Shown: positions 14,891-28,061 of the stretch, in pieces
Numbering within the stretch: position 1 is the first letter of the stretch
Layout of the letters: each line of letters begins with the position of its first letter
Assembly (NCBI GenBank): GCA_030141605.1
Contig: JAQGDQ010000617.1
Coordinates: 62,001 to 126,000 of the forward strand
DNA from: Tubiluchus corallicola
Taxonomy: Eukaryota > Animalia > Priapulida
Length of the DNA: 64,000 nt
Reading direction: 5' to 3'
Made by a program: the position numbers and the translations under genes
The notes under the pieces: generated by a model
Databases searched by the model: none
Seen by the model: only the letters and a program-made list of their open reading frames with translations
What the model was told of the DNA's origin: nothing

Positions 14891-15795
14891 GTCTTTGTCA
14901 TGCAGCAGCAAAATGAATAACTTCAGTCACTATAAATGTAGCCAAAAAAACTAGTTACAAAAAACCGTTATTCAATTTGTTTTTAGAACACGTACAGTAT
15001 TCATTCTCAATTTTGTTAAGATGAAAAATATTTCTTTTTGTTTGAAAGCGGCATGTTTTTAAATGTTAGTGCTGCGGCGATGTTAAATTTCATTTAAAAT
15101 CTAAGTTATTTTGCTGATAGATGGCAGCACCGCGTAGAAAAGAAAGCACTCGTCTCTGACTGGCAGCCAGTTTCAGCAGCTTCTGTGTATAGAACCTTCT
15201 GATACGACGATACGGCATCAGTAATAACGAATGTTGTTCGAAGGACATTTCAATAAGCAAGAAAAGCTATTTTTAAAGAAATCTTTAAAACTAAACACCT
15301 TAATATAACTTACTATAATATATAAAAATGTTGTTATCCAAACTTTGTAAATGTAATTCGAACAAACTTTGAATGTTGATTATCTTTGTTCATTTTATTC
15401 ATTTACACGCACAACCATGAGAAATTTCGTGCCAGAAATCAAATTGAAAGCGATAATTTAATGTCTTGCATTAAGCCACGGTTAAAAGTGATTAACTAAC
15501 CCTTTTTTGCTATATAAAGTATTCTATACGTATTAGGCTAGGACTAAAGCCATGAGAAGAAGTAGTTTACGGAAGAAGCAAGAATTGCTTTTTCCAAGTG
15601 TTGATACTTGCATGTAAGACGAATCTCATATCGAATTTTTACGTTACAATACGAATTAGCTCGAGAAAATCTGTCAATTTGGCAAAGAACGTGTGTTGCG
15701 TACGAGCAAATTACTAGATTAACGTGCTGCCTAAGTGAACGAAGAACATGACGTAATTTATGTTCATTACTTTTACTTTTCAATGAGTCCACAGT

Positions 15796-16127
15796 TGGGG
15801 TGAACATTCTCTACCAGACATCGAATTCGAATTCGAATCGAGTTTCAAAGATTTTCGAACCCTCAGTAAAAGCGTTTTTACAAGGATCCTGCATAAGTCC
15901 TATTAGTCGATTTTGTTCTGTAATGAAACCACTAATAATTAGTTTAAAATTGCACACAAAAAATGCTACTAAATTGTGTTAATTGCGTGATGTTTAAAAC
16001 ATTTTCATGACAAAAGAACATGTGTGATTGAAGTGCTGAATTACTCGAATCTATAGTTATAGGTCCGAATCGAATTCGAATTAAACACGAGTTCGAATCG
16101 AATTTGAACGTTCGATGTCCTTCCCTA
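15796..16127. mobile_element. Degenerate hAT-like MITE
   Basis: TGGGG...CCCTA ends, TCGAA-rich subterminal repeats at both ends, imperfect 8-bp flanks TCCACAGT/GTCACAGT. Confidence 0.4.
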
Positions 16128-16370
16128 GTCACAGTAAATTGTAGTAGTTGTTTTTCCGCATACGTCACACAAGAATGGCGATTCTTTGCTACCGTTTTAT
16201 CAGATTTATTTTAGCTATCTGTGAGGAACGTCGATTGTTTTGTGACGTTTTCCCGTTTGGGGAAACCGGAAGTGATATCAGTTGAATATGTGAGCAAGAT
16301 CTGTTCGAACGCAACCACGCTCACGTTTTCCATAAAGAAATTTCCGCATTGTGGAAAAAGTTCTTGGTGT

Positions 16371-16850
16371 TTAACCCTTTCATACCCGTTGTATCCCGTG
16401 GGATACGAGAATATTTTCTGCTTTTAAAAATAATAAAATTTTAAAACTGACAGTTATTTGATCTGTTAATAGTTATTTTGATTTAAACCAATAACAATAG
16501 ACTAAAAATGGTGATAAAATGGCAAACTAGAAAATCTACATAGCATAAAAACTGCGCAAGGTACAGTACTTTAGAGACGACTTTGTACAGATCAGCATAG
16601 CATGCATACTAAATGTCTTAAATACTTTAAAAAATTATCAGCAGATGCAAAATGAAGCACATTTTATGCTTCCATTGAATCCCAATGTATCCCGTGGGAT
16701 ACAGGCTATATTTAGAACACGGATAAAGGTAGAAAATTATTAAGAAATCGGATAATTATTATGTATAAACAAGATGGACATACTGAACAAAAGTACCAAG
16801 CCAAAAAAAATTTTCTTATTAAAAAAATAATTTGGGACTGAAAGGATTAA
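16371..16850 (+). mobile_element. piggyBac-like MITE, copy 1
   Basis: TTAA-CCCTTTCA ... TGAAAGGA-TTAA (TTAA TSD, CCCT terminus); internal GTATCCCGTGGGATAC palindromes. Confidence 0.85.
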
Positions 16851-18340
16851 GAGGAGAAAGCAAGTTTCTTCCACGTATGAAACAATTTTCTTTAATTATT
16901 CGTCAGAGATGATTTTATGAAGCATCATTAGTTGAATTATCATTGTAAAAAAATTAAAAACATGGTAAAAAAATAATGAACAGATTAATATGAACGACAT
17001 AAAACATGATTGAAAATTTATTGATTTGATTTTAAACCCTTTATTTCGACCTAGCTTCATAAAATAAATTACAATACTTACAAGACATACAATAACTATA
17101 ACCCCTCCTCCCAACATTTACAAATTAATACATATATAAATAAAAAACAGAACAATATATATATATATATATATATACAATACCATACTTCCAGCCAGAA
17201 TGGTTACCCATAATTTCTACCTAATACTTTCTTCCATTGGTCTCTTATGTCTGAAGTGTAAAGTGCGTCACTGTTATTCAATGCCTTTATAAGAAGATTT
17301 GAGCTTTGCATTCTCTACTGTATAGACTGTATGCAGTTTTCCTTTGTACTACATCAAAGTATAAAACATCGTGGGCTACTGAAATGGTACTGGAACTATA
17401 TTCATATGGGTAGTTGAACAGTTTGCGTTTAGAGATATTGCGAGCTACTTTAAGTTTGCTGAGACTGTAGTTATAAAAATTCCGCCAGGTGGATAAAAGT
17501 CGATAAAAAGACAAAAATGAAAAAAGCAATAAGTGAAAAAAGGACAAAACGTTAAAAATGACAAGTTTATTTTTATTAACCGACAACATTATTAAAAACA
17601 GATGAAGAAATGACAGTTATATATATTACTCAGTACATCAAAGAATGGTAGAGTGGGTTACCGTTAAAAACAAGAAACAGAAAAAAACCTTCCAACTGTT
17701 ATTTCATAGATTTAATGTTTCAATTACTATTTTATTAATTTTGCGTAATTATTAATGACAAATTCATTAGTTTTAGCAAAGAAATTTTAAGATGGTTTCT
17801 CTGTCTTTGTTCTCAAACTATTGTTGTTGGCATCCTTCTGTCACGGAAGACAATGGAGTGTGTAAACTATTGTTGCTGGCACTTCTGTCTTGGAAGACAA
17901 TGGAATGTGTCTCGAACTAGGTTTGTCATCATTATTCTCTTAACGGATCAATTTTTCATAACTTCCTGTTATTTTGTTATTCTAAGTACAGAGGAAAGTT
18001 TTTCGAATTGTTGGAGTTTGTGAAGATATATTTTTAACTTTGCAATTTGATTTCTAATTTTAACTTTATAGATGCGAAGTTGTGTCAGCTGCCGTAAAGC
18101 GCGTTGAGACATATTGTGCAAGGCACTTAATAAAAATAATTTTTCACTGATTGCTTTTTCATCTTTGCCTTTTTATCTACTGACTCTATGTATTTTTTGC
18201 CTTTTTTGTACCTTTATTATATTACTTACTACTTTTTGGTTTTCTCATTTGCATTGTGCGCTTGTTTTTGCCACATTTGCAACGAACGGGTGTCATTTAT
18301 CACTGCCATTGTCTGTGTGCCCTTTACATTGTTTATAAAC

Positions 18341-18804
18341 TTAACCCTTTCAGTCAGAATTATTTTTTTAATAAGAAAAAAAATTGGCTTGGTACTTTTG
18401 TTCAGTATGTCCATCTTGTTTGCACATGATAATTATCTTTTTCTTCCCGTGCCCGCGTGCTAAATATAGCCTGTATCCCACGGGATACATTGGGATTCAA
18501 TGGAAGCATAAAATGCGCTTCATTTTGCAACTGCTGATAATTTTTTAAAGTATTTAAGACTTTTAGTATACATGCTATGCTGATCTGTACAAAGTCGTCT
18601 CTAAAATACTGTACCTTGCGCAGTTTTTATGCTATGTAGATTTTCTAGTTTGCCATTTTATCACCATTTTTAGTCTATTGTTATTGGCTTAAATCAAAAT
18701 AACTATTAACAGATCAAATAACTGTCAGTTTTAAAATTTTATTAATTTTAAAGGCAGAAAATATTCTCGTATCCCACGCGATACAACGGGTATAAAAGGG
18801 CTAA
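18341..18804 (-). mobile_element. piggyBac-like MITE, copy 2 (inverted)
   Basis: TTAA-CCCTTTCA ... TAAAAGGG-CTAA; near full-length reverse complement of 16371-16850. Confidence 0.85.
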
Positions 18805-19289
18805 ATTATGTGTACACCTAAGCTGTGCATAATTTTTTTACGAATGGCACCAGTGAGTATTTTTATGAGCACGAAGTAATAAAGGTGTTAAAGCACAAGA
18901 AAACCCTCCACTTACATTAAGCTTAAAAATTCGTCTTGAAGCTTCTATGCCACTTACATACTGCCTTCTTGCATACAGAACTTACGTAGGCAGTACTGCT
19001 GTATAAAACATTTAAATTTATACTCCCGAGATGACCGTTAGACGCAGATATTTTGACGATAGGTCTTTTGAAATAAGTTAAAATAACACTGAGTAAAGTT
19101 GGAAAAATAATCAGAGCATTCGTAGCGCACACGTCACCAACTAAGTAAAATTTTAAAATTACTGAATCTTGTCAATAAAATTAAAAATACGTTTCTTGGT
19201 TAGTAAGTGGTGCACCCTGGAGCGTGAGTCATCGATATTTTATCAATTGATGAAAGCATTTTAAATAATTAATAATTTTCTTTTCTAGT

Positions 19290-19770
19290 TATAAAAGTCT
19301 TTCTAGCAGGTAGAACAAATGGAAAATAACACAATTTTGCATAGAAAGTTTTTAGGGACATAGTTTAACATTTCCTTTTCTTCCCCTGATTTACATTGTG
19401 CGTATATGACGTCACGTAATTGCCGGAGATTTAAAATGAAATGAAAAGAATCCTTTCAACGCGAGTACGATATATGATAAAAATTGTTATATAGTGACAT
19501 AATTTTTTAAGGCTATTTTTACGTAAGTCTTTCCAGCAGGTAAGTGAAATGCTAAGTTATATAGTTTTGCACAGAAAGTTTTTTGGGTCATAATTTAACA
19601 TTGCCTTTTCTTCCCCTGATTTACGTGTGCGTAGGTGACGTCATGTAATGGCGCAGTGGGAACAATATTGCGGGTGATTTAAAATGAAAACAAACGAAAA
19701 TTCCTTTCGAAGTGAGTACGACTTATGCATAAAATAGCTGTAAAGTAATATAATTTTTAAGGAGATTTTT
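19290..19770. repeat. Diverged tandem duplication, about 230-250 bp unit
   Basis: GTCTTTCYAGCAGGTA...CCTTTTCTTCCCCTGATTTAC...TGACGTCA occurs at about 19297 and 19527. Confidence 0.75.
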
Positions 19771-21000
19771 CTGAAACCTACTTCAGGTACCCCTTTTCTT
19801 GTCCATTAAGGTGCGACATAACCCGTTTTCTGATGAGGTTTATCGTTATCAAAATTATAAATTGCTTATAACAAATCGGAAAACATTAAATCACAATGCA
19901 AAGGTATTTTTCCTCGCCGTGCGTGTTGAAACAGATTGTCGACTTTGTTCACCTGTCCGACAATCTCGTCCCAGTTCGGTCTACGTTTCATCCGGCCGCC
20001 GCATCTGTTCCGATCGTTTCGGCGTCTCTTTTCGCGCATATATCATCAACTAGTCGGCTTCTTTGGGAAAGTAGACCGTCATATATTAGTCTGACAGGGG
20101 CCACGATTTAGTCCGTCTCGCGCTGCTGATCCTCGTGGGTACATTAACCAATTTCTAAACAAGCAACGGTGCCATTTTGCTGTCGGCCGCTGCAAAGGTT
20201 TTGTAATTTAATTAGAACATTTTAAAGCAACGGTTTTGCCTATTAAACTATCCCCCTCACACTTTCAAACTTTTCAAAGTCTTTCTGGATTTTAACTCGC
20301 GATGATAGGTCGATAATTGTTTCAAGCTCACAGCACATATTTTCTATACTGTAGGAAATAAATTTTGATAGACTGCGTGACACGTCGGAGGCACTCGGTT
20401 AGAATGCCGGTTGCTTGGGCTTGTCCGCCATTAAATTCCGACTATCCCGTGTCATAAAAGTACAGTATGCTGTACATGATTGGTTCTTATACTCATAAAA
20501 CATGTAGGCGTGTGTCATAGACCAACTGTTAGAGAGAAAATTCTCAATGGCTGCCGTTGTACAGCATTACAATAAACAAAACGTCATAGCATGCAAACCA
20601 GAATCACACTCAAATGTAGATTCGAACAAAATCAATTTGTACATGATTATTATTGTACAACAACATAAAAGTTTATTCAGTCACACTTCCGTACCATAGT
20701 TATACGTAGCAATAACTACTTCACACAAGCAAACTCGATAATGAAAGTGTTATAAGAAAAAATATCTCTTATGAGATATTCAGTTGCAGAAAAATTTTCA
20801 TTGGCAGTTATATAGTCGTATAGACACTACGTTATTTTAGTTCATTTTACCTAGAACAATAGTAATAACGAAATATACAGTAGAAAGTAGAAAGACAGTT
20901 GCCAAATTTTTTGATAAACAGGAAAATCTGCGTGAAATATAATTTATTTAATACGTGGCCGTATTATAGCCATATGTAATAATATTATATTTTACGTATC

Positions 21001-21730
21001 AATTTTTTAATACAGGCACTGGAAAACATTTATAGTTAAAACACCAGACTTTATTTAAACGTTTAATTAACATAGTTAAAAAAATCATGCCAAGCGTTTT
21101 GACTAGCAACTGTTGTCATTATCAGTGGTAAATTTTTACAAACATACAACCAGTTTATATAGGCAGAGCCTACAGCATATAATGTTATGCATTAATTATG
21201 TATTTAACAGAAGCCAAACAGATAATCATTAAGCAAATGGCTTTTTGTATATATATATTGTTTGAGTTGAAAAAGAGGACACCAGTTTAGGGTTTATTAA
21301 AACAATGCAAAATGTATGTATATATATGTAGTGCATAATATACTCGAACTAACTAATCGTATATTTCTTCACTGCACATAGTGGAAATAGCACATAGTAA
21401 TAGTTACTGTGTTGTAAATCCGCTCAAGATAAATAATATATATATATATATATATACTCCATCAATTTATTTTCTACTGGTCTACTTACTTATTACCTAT
21501 TTGCTTTACCAATTTACCTGTTAAATATACAATTAATGGACAATGTTCTATACTGTAGGCTCTGCTAATATAAACTGTTTGTATGTTTGTGAAAAATTAC
21601 CACAGATAATGACAGCAGCGGCTCTGTCGAAACGTTTGACATGATTTTTAACTATGCAAAATGAAAAAGTTTTAAGAAAATTTATGTTGCTTTATCTATA
21701 AATGTTATTAAGTGCCTGTAATAAAAAATT
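21001..21730. mobile_element. Long inverted-repeat element with hammerhead-like motifs (Penelope-like remnant), copy 1
   Basis: Arms of about 200-250 bp (AATTTTTTAATACAGGCACT... / ...AGTGCCTGTAATAAAAAATT); each arm has a CCA-CWGATRA-T-stem-GAAAC-like core. Confidence 0.7.
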
Positions 21731-22470
21731 TACTTATATCTTAAAATGTTTCTAATTAAGTATATCTACAGAAATATAGACAGCAGGTAATGACAGGTGC
21801 CTATCTAAAAGAACAGACTGTCAAAACGTATCGTAATATACAAATTATTTTTTTACAAATTTACAAGAATTACTGCCCTCCAGAAAGAAATGTGTGGACC
21901 AAGCAGCACAAGGCGTATAGCAATTGGAGTCATATACTTATATGATATAAAGAATCTTCTAGATAGTTGCAGTAACGAGTACATTTTGTGCATAACATTT
22001 TTAAACAAACTTGTGCTGTGATGCTGTGATAGTTTAACCAAAGAAAACGTGTTTTTATCCACTATATGCATGTAGATTTAATAACAGAGATTGTATGCTT
22101 CAGTAATATATAAGTACTTCTATACATAATGCTTTTAAGCACAATAATTATATAATATTTTGGACTATATTTTTAAACAAAAGCTTTGTACACGTACAAC
22201 CACAACTATATGTACAAAAAACTATAATAATATCATAACTAAACTATTTACTAATTTACTACTGCTCAACATTCATTCCCTGTGTGACGAGTGTCAAGCG
22301 ATGTAGGCCTACCAGTAGAGGCCTTTGACGAGTGTCAAGCTATGTAGGCCTACCAGTAGAGGCCTGTTTTATTTTCACCTGTAGAACCGACTCTGCGATA
22401 CTGTTTAGTATTTACAACTTGATATAATTACATTAACTGTAAGATTATTCACAACAATTATTTGCTACAT

Positions 22471-23251
22471 TTAAAGGAAACGTCAAGTCTTTTGGGTAGT
22501 TAGGCTAATTTCATTGTTCGCAAAAAATGTTAGAAGGATTTAGTAACAAACGTGCAATAAGCACCTCGTGTAATTAGTAAAATCACTTTACGATCATAAA
22601 GTCACGATCACTTCATGCTTGGACGCTCCCATTTTCAATGTCCATTCTTCTTCCAATGACGTCATTGGTTTTGAAGAAAAGTAGCGCATTGTCAATGTTC
22701 ACCAGAAGTATAACAAGTTTTTACAAAAAAAATTAGATAAATAATTCTGTACTATTTTCGCGTGAACATTAGGTAAGCTGCAGAAGTTTGAATTAGTTTA
22801 AGCAGTGCGCGCTTACGAAAAGTCACGAAGTGATGTCATGATTTTCAACTGAATGGCGGCAACCACCGCGTCGGAAAATTGTTATTCAGAAGTAGTTTAA
22901 TGAGTGTATATTTTAAACTTATGCTTTGTAGGCAGTTGTCCACAAATTTCACTGTTATATTTTTCTAAGTTTAAGTCATAAGAGTAAAATGAACCCAACA
23001 TACGGAGTGACTTGTCTTTTCCTTTAGCACAACACAAACAGTTTAAGTGATAACAGTAAAATAAACCCAACATACTGAGTGACTTGCCCTTTCTTTTAGC
23101 ACACCACAAACAGTTTAAGTCATAACAATAAAATAAACCCAACATACTGAGTGACTTGTCTTTTCCTTTAGCACAACACAAACAGTTTTTAAACTTAAAA
23201 GTCATAACAGTAAAATAAACGCAACATACTGAGTGACTTGTCCTTTCCTTT
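22471..23251 (+). mobile_element. Kolobok-like non-autonomous element, family B, with tandemly repeated right end
   Basis: TTAA-AGGAAACGTCAAGT start; the end motif GAGTGACTTGTCYTTTCCTTT is repeated 4 times at about 71-80 bp spacing. Confidence 0.7.
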
Positions 23252-24057
23252 CAGGTAAGTTTTTTAACTTTAAAAGATAATTAAATACGCAAGATAGCAT
23301 AATAAACATGCCAAAGCTATATAAATATTTAAAGTTTCTTTTAATTATTTTTCGTACAACAAAGGGCTAAAAACTGCACCTAGTACGACGCCGAAAGTCA
23401 GAAACGACGAAAGTTCGAATTCACTTGGAATTTTAAGCAGGTTTAATGGCCGATAACATCGCCTGCAGGAGTTCGGGAAAACCGGAAAGTTTAGCAAATA
23501 AAACGATTAAGAGTTGTGAAAAATTAAATATTTGATACATCAGTCCGTCTAATAAATGATTGGAACTTTAAACGGTGCCGCTCTCTAAACATTAATTTTG
23601 GATTTTAACTGTGCGGGTGTCCCTTTACAGCATGTGTAAGCAAAGCCTGTAAAAATGGCACAGGTAAAACACACCTGTAGATATGGTGCGGGGGCAAAAC
23701 ACAGGAAAAAGGAGCACAAATAAAAAAATAGAAAAAATGGTGCTCTTAGCGAATTTTTTACGTTAGGGCTTGGGAAAATAAAAATATTGACGCAATTAAT
23801 TTAGGTTTAGGTTAGGAATATACATGCCATTTACCCCCTTTTCTCAATTTGTACCCTCTTTTTGCCATTTTAGCTGCAACCCCTAAACATTGTTTAGATT
23901 ATAACTTTATTAGCCAGTATAGATATTACCTTGTACATGTGCTATTTAAATATTGTTTCATAAATTTGTTTTGTACAGCAGAAATAGAAAAAAAACATTT
24001 AAAATTTTGTAAAGCTAATTCGAAATTGTACTAAATGTTTTTGTTTGCGTTACCGTA

Positions 24058-24300
24058 CCTTATCTCATCTCATCTCATCTCAATCATCTCATCTCATCTC
24101 ATCTCATCTCATTTCACCTTATCATATCTTGTGTTATATTATCTTATACTACCTTACCTTACCTTACCTTACCTTACCTTACCTTACCTTACCTTACCTT
24201 ACCTTACCTTACCTTACCTTACCTTACCTTACCTTACCTTACCTTACCTTACCTTACCTTACCTTACCTTACCTTACCTTACCTAACCTTACCTTACCTT
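24058..24300. repeat. (TCTCA)n/(CCTTA)n pentanucleotide microsatellite
   Basis: Directly visible. Confidence 0.95.
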
Positions 24301-24741
24301 TCCTTACTTTCTTTTCTTGAGGCATCTTAAAGTCTTTCACAGAGCCAGTAGATGTCGCTCCGTTACTTTCCGGCTTCAAGGAAGAGAATGGCGGAAATAC
24401 GTCATTCGTGATTAATAATTAATTGGACAGTCAGATAAGTTGAGATAACGTATAACCAAATACAGGCTTTTGGGCTAATTGAAGTCACGTTATGTGTTAA
24501 TGAATGATACGTCCCTTCGCTTACCGTTTATCTTTTGTTTGTACCTGTTTAATTATTTAACATTAAACAAATGTAATATTCTCACATACTAAGCAATATT
24601 ATTACATACATAAATAAACAAATAAATTGGAATGACTGCGTTAAAATCAACTTATGAAATAAAATACATTGTGAACAATAAGGTTTTCTTATAAAGCTTA
24701 TTATACATCAAAGTGTCCAGCGTCTAGCGTTCACTGAGTAG

Positions 24742-25698
24742 TTAAAGGAAAGGTCAAGCTTTTTGGGAAGTTAGACTTATTTTAATTTTCGCGATAACTT
24801 TTAGAAGGATTTAGTAATAAAACTGCAATAAGCGCCTCGTGTAATTAGTAAAATCTGTTTAAAGTCCCGATCACGTCATACTTGAACGCTCCCATAACAT
24901 CATAATAATATCATAACTAAACTAATTACTAATTTACTACTGCTGAACTCAACATTCATTCCCTGTGTGACGAGTGTCAAGCGATGAAGGCCTACCACTA
25001 GAGGCCTGTTTTATTTTCACCTGTAGAACCGACTCTGCGATACTTTTTAGTATTTACAACTTGATATAATTACATTAACTGTAAGATTATTGGCAACAAT
25101 TATTTGCTATACTTAAAGGAAACGTCAAGTCTTTTGGGAAGTTAAGCTTATTTCACTGTTCGCGAAAAATGTTAGAAAGATTTAGTAACAAACGTGCAAT
25201 AAAACGCCTCGTGTAACCAGTGAAGTCACTTTAAAGTCACGATCAATTCATGCTTGGACGCTCCCATTTTCAATGTCCATTCTTCTTCCAATGACGTCAT
25301 TCGTCCCGGAGAAAGTAGCGCTGTCAATCTTCATCAAAAGTCTAAGATTTTTATAGTTATTGTTTAACAATATATTATAGTTTTATAAAAAGATTAAATA
25401 GCTATTGTTGTAATATTTTTCCTTGAGCATTAAGTAAGCTGCAAAAGTTTGAATTAGTTTAAGCCGCACGGGCTTACGGAAAACCACGACATGTTTACGA
25501 AAAGTCACGCAGTGCTGTTATTATTTTCAAGTGAATGGCGGCAATCACCACTCCTGAAAATTTCTATTCAGAGATAGTTTATTTTAAATTAGTACTTTAT
25601 AGACAGTTCTTTGCAAACAAGTTTATTATATTTGTCTAAGATTAACTGATAAAAGTAAAATAAACCCAACATGGCGAGTTACTTGCTCTTTCCTTTAA
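24742..25698 (+). mobile_element. Kolobok-like family B element(s) with internal duplication
   Basis: TTAA-AGGAAAGGTCAAG at 24742, second start TTAA-AGGAAACGTCAAGT at 25113, end ACTTGCTCTTTCCT-TTAA at 25698. TTAA TSD with AGG termini is the Kolobok hallmark. Confidence 0.7.
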
Positions 25699-25944
25699 GT
25701 TAACAACTAATCGTCTGGCGTCCATCTTCTCAGAAAAACAAAATGGACGATATCAAATTTATTTTTAAATGCTTTTTATGCTATAAAGATTTACAGGGTC
25801 AGTCGTCGCAGGCTTGGTAAAGAACAGATGCTAGGCGCTAGGTGTTAAAACAATAGGAAGAACTTCGAGCCTTCAGTTTCACTGCCAGAATTTTTGTCTT
25901 CATCAATCATTGACAATCTATTCCTTCTAGATGTAAACGCCAGA

Positions 25945-26270
25945 CAGGGCCTATTTCAGCCTAAGCGAGACCCGGGGAAGTGGGGCGTGTGAGGCCCCCA
26001 AAATTTTTGAACTTCTAGAACGCCGGGGAACATTTTCGAAGAGAAAATATGGAGTTATACAGTTGTTAAATGAAAGAACAATTGAAAGAAAAACTGCTCT
26101 ATTCTCAAGACTAGTCCTTAATACTTGTCAAATAGTCAAATCAAAAACAACATCTTTGCAATATGTAATGCCGTACTCTCACTTCCGTACAAGCCGATGT
26201 TAGAAATTCCGAAATTGAAAACAGCTGAACATCGGCACCGAGCCGCACAAGGCAAACGGCGCGCGTGCGG

Positions 26271-26341
<71 letters not shown>

Positions 26342-26459
26342 GCAGTATGTTCGCATGTTCGCATAAAGCAAAAAAATGTTACCTTGGCGCGAGGCCCCTC
26401 TGGAGGGTGAGGCCCCGGGGAAGTATCCCCACTTCCCCTCCCCTCTGAAATAGGCCCTG
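25945..26459. mobile_element. hAT-type MITE, 515 bp, young insertion
   Basis: Perfect 15-bp TIR CAGGGCCTATTTCAG / CTGAAATAGGCCCTG and perfect 8-bp TSD ACGCCAGA (25937-25944, 26460-26467); internal (GA)n. Confidence 0.92.
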
Positions 26460-26591
26460 ACGCCAGACAGCCGACCCTTTGGTGTATCATAGGTTTTAAC
26501 TATTCACAAAACTATACAGTACAATAATAATAAGCTTTCAACTCTTGATTTCGTTTAATCACGGTCTACATACGTCATTCCTATTTTTGCA

Positions 26592-26849
<258 letters not shown>

Positions 26850-27073
26850 TCAACTCGAACGTCATTCAAAGTTTTCAGCGGTCGCAAGTGCATTTAATGA
26901 ATTAAAGGAGAGGTTAAGCCTTCTGGGCACTTAGGCTTTCTTCAATGTACGCTAAAAATGTTACAATGATTTAGTAATAAAAGTGTGATAAGCGCCTCGT
27001 GTAACTAGAAAATCACTTCAGGGTTGCGATCATCATCATTGTCATCGTCATCATCATCATCATCATCATCACC

Positions 27074-27123
<50 letters not shown>

Positions 27124-27322
27124 TATCATCATTATTAATATGATGACAATTTAATAGCTACAAAATAAAGTCCTTTTTTTGAGAAATTTTACACTTTTTT
27201 CATTCCAAACACTCGGTGAGATACCGTAATACTCAATACTTGAAAAACTATTACTATTATTATTGTTGTTGTTGTTGTTGCTGCTGTTGCTGTTGTTATT
27301 GTTATTATTATCATTATCGTTA

Positions 27323-27385
<63 letters not shown>

Positions 27386-27758
27386 TTGTTGTTATAAATG
27401 GGAAATAATGAAGAAGCATTCAGGTATCAAAGTACTTTCTTTCTTTAGTACAGTGTAGATGCGGCGCTTTTACAATTATTAGGCCTACAACCATTCATAT
27501 TTTTACAGCATAGAATTAAATTTGTCAAACACCGGTATCGTATTCTACAAAGTCATTTTAAGTGAATTTTAACATAATTTTACAATTTTACCTGGCATGA
27601 AACGGTCTCATTGTTTCTTATGTGATAAAGCTTTTTGTGGTAAAGCGTTTTCAAATTTGCATTTTTAACGTTTCTAATTCTGTCCTATGATATTTTCATT
27701 AAATCGTTTGCTATTCATTTCTATTCGTTTTTCGTTTCCTTCACAGACGTGCAGCTTG

Positions 27759-27900
27759 TATCGGGTGGCGCAGAAAAAATGTGCCGATGTTTAGACTACA
27801 ATAATATTAGAAGCAAGTGCCCTGCACAGTTGAAATTGCACAGCGTGATATTACTGTACATTATCTTCTAGCTGTGAAAGTACAAGCTTATATATATATG
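27759..27900 (+). mobile_element. Tc1/mariner-like MITE end fragment
   Basis: GGGTGGCGCAGAAAAAA terminus; reverse-complement copy at 56652-56790 ends ...GCGCCACCCTG-TA. Confidence 0.55.
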
Positions 27901-28028
27901 TATGATTTTTATATTATTATTATTATATATATATATATTATATATATATATATATAATAATATATACATATATTATATTATATCATATACATTATATAAT
28001 GTATAATATATAATATATATTATATAAC

Positions 28029-28061
<33 letters not shown>

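Noticed and set aside
23800-23820. TTAGG telomere-like motifs
   Set aside because: Only about three units inside a probable MITE; not a telomeric array and not usable for taxon assignment.
26274-26338. (GA)n tracts as GAGA-factor elements (also 31270, 52403)
   Set aside because: They lie in a young MITE or other repeats in a microsatellite-rich genome; no independent support.
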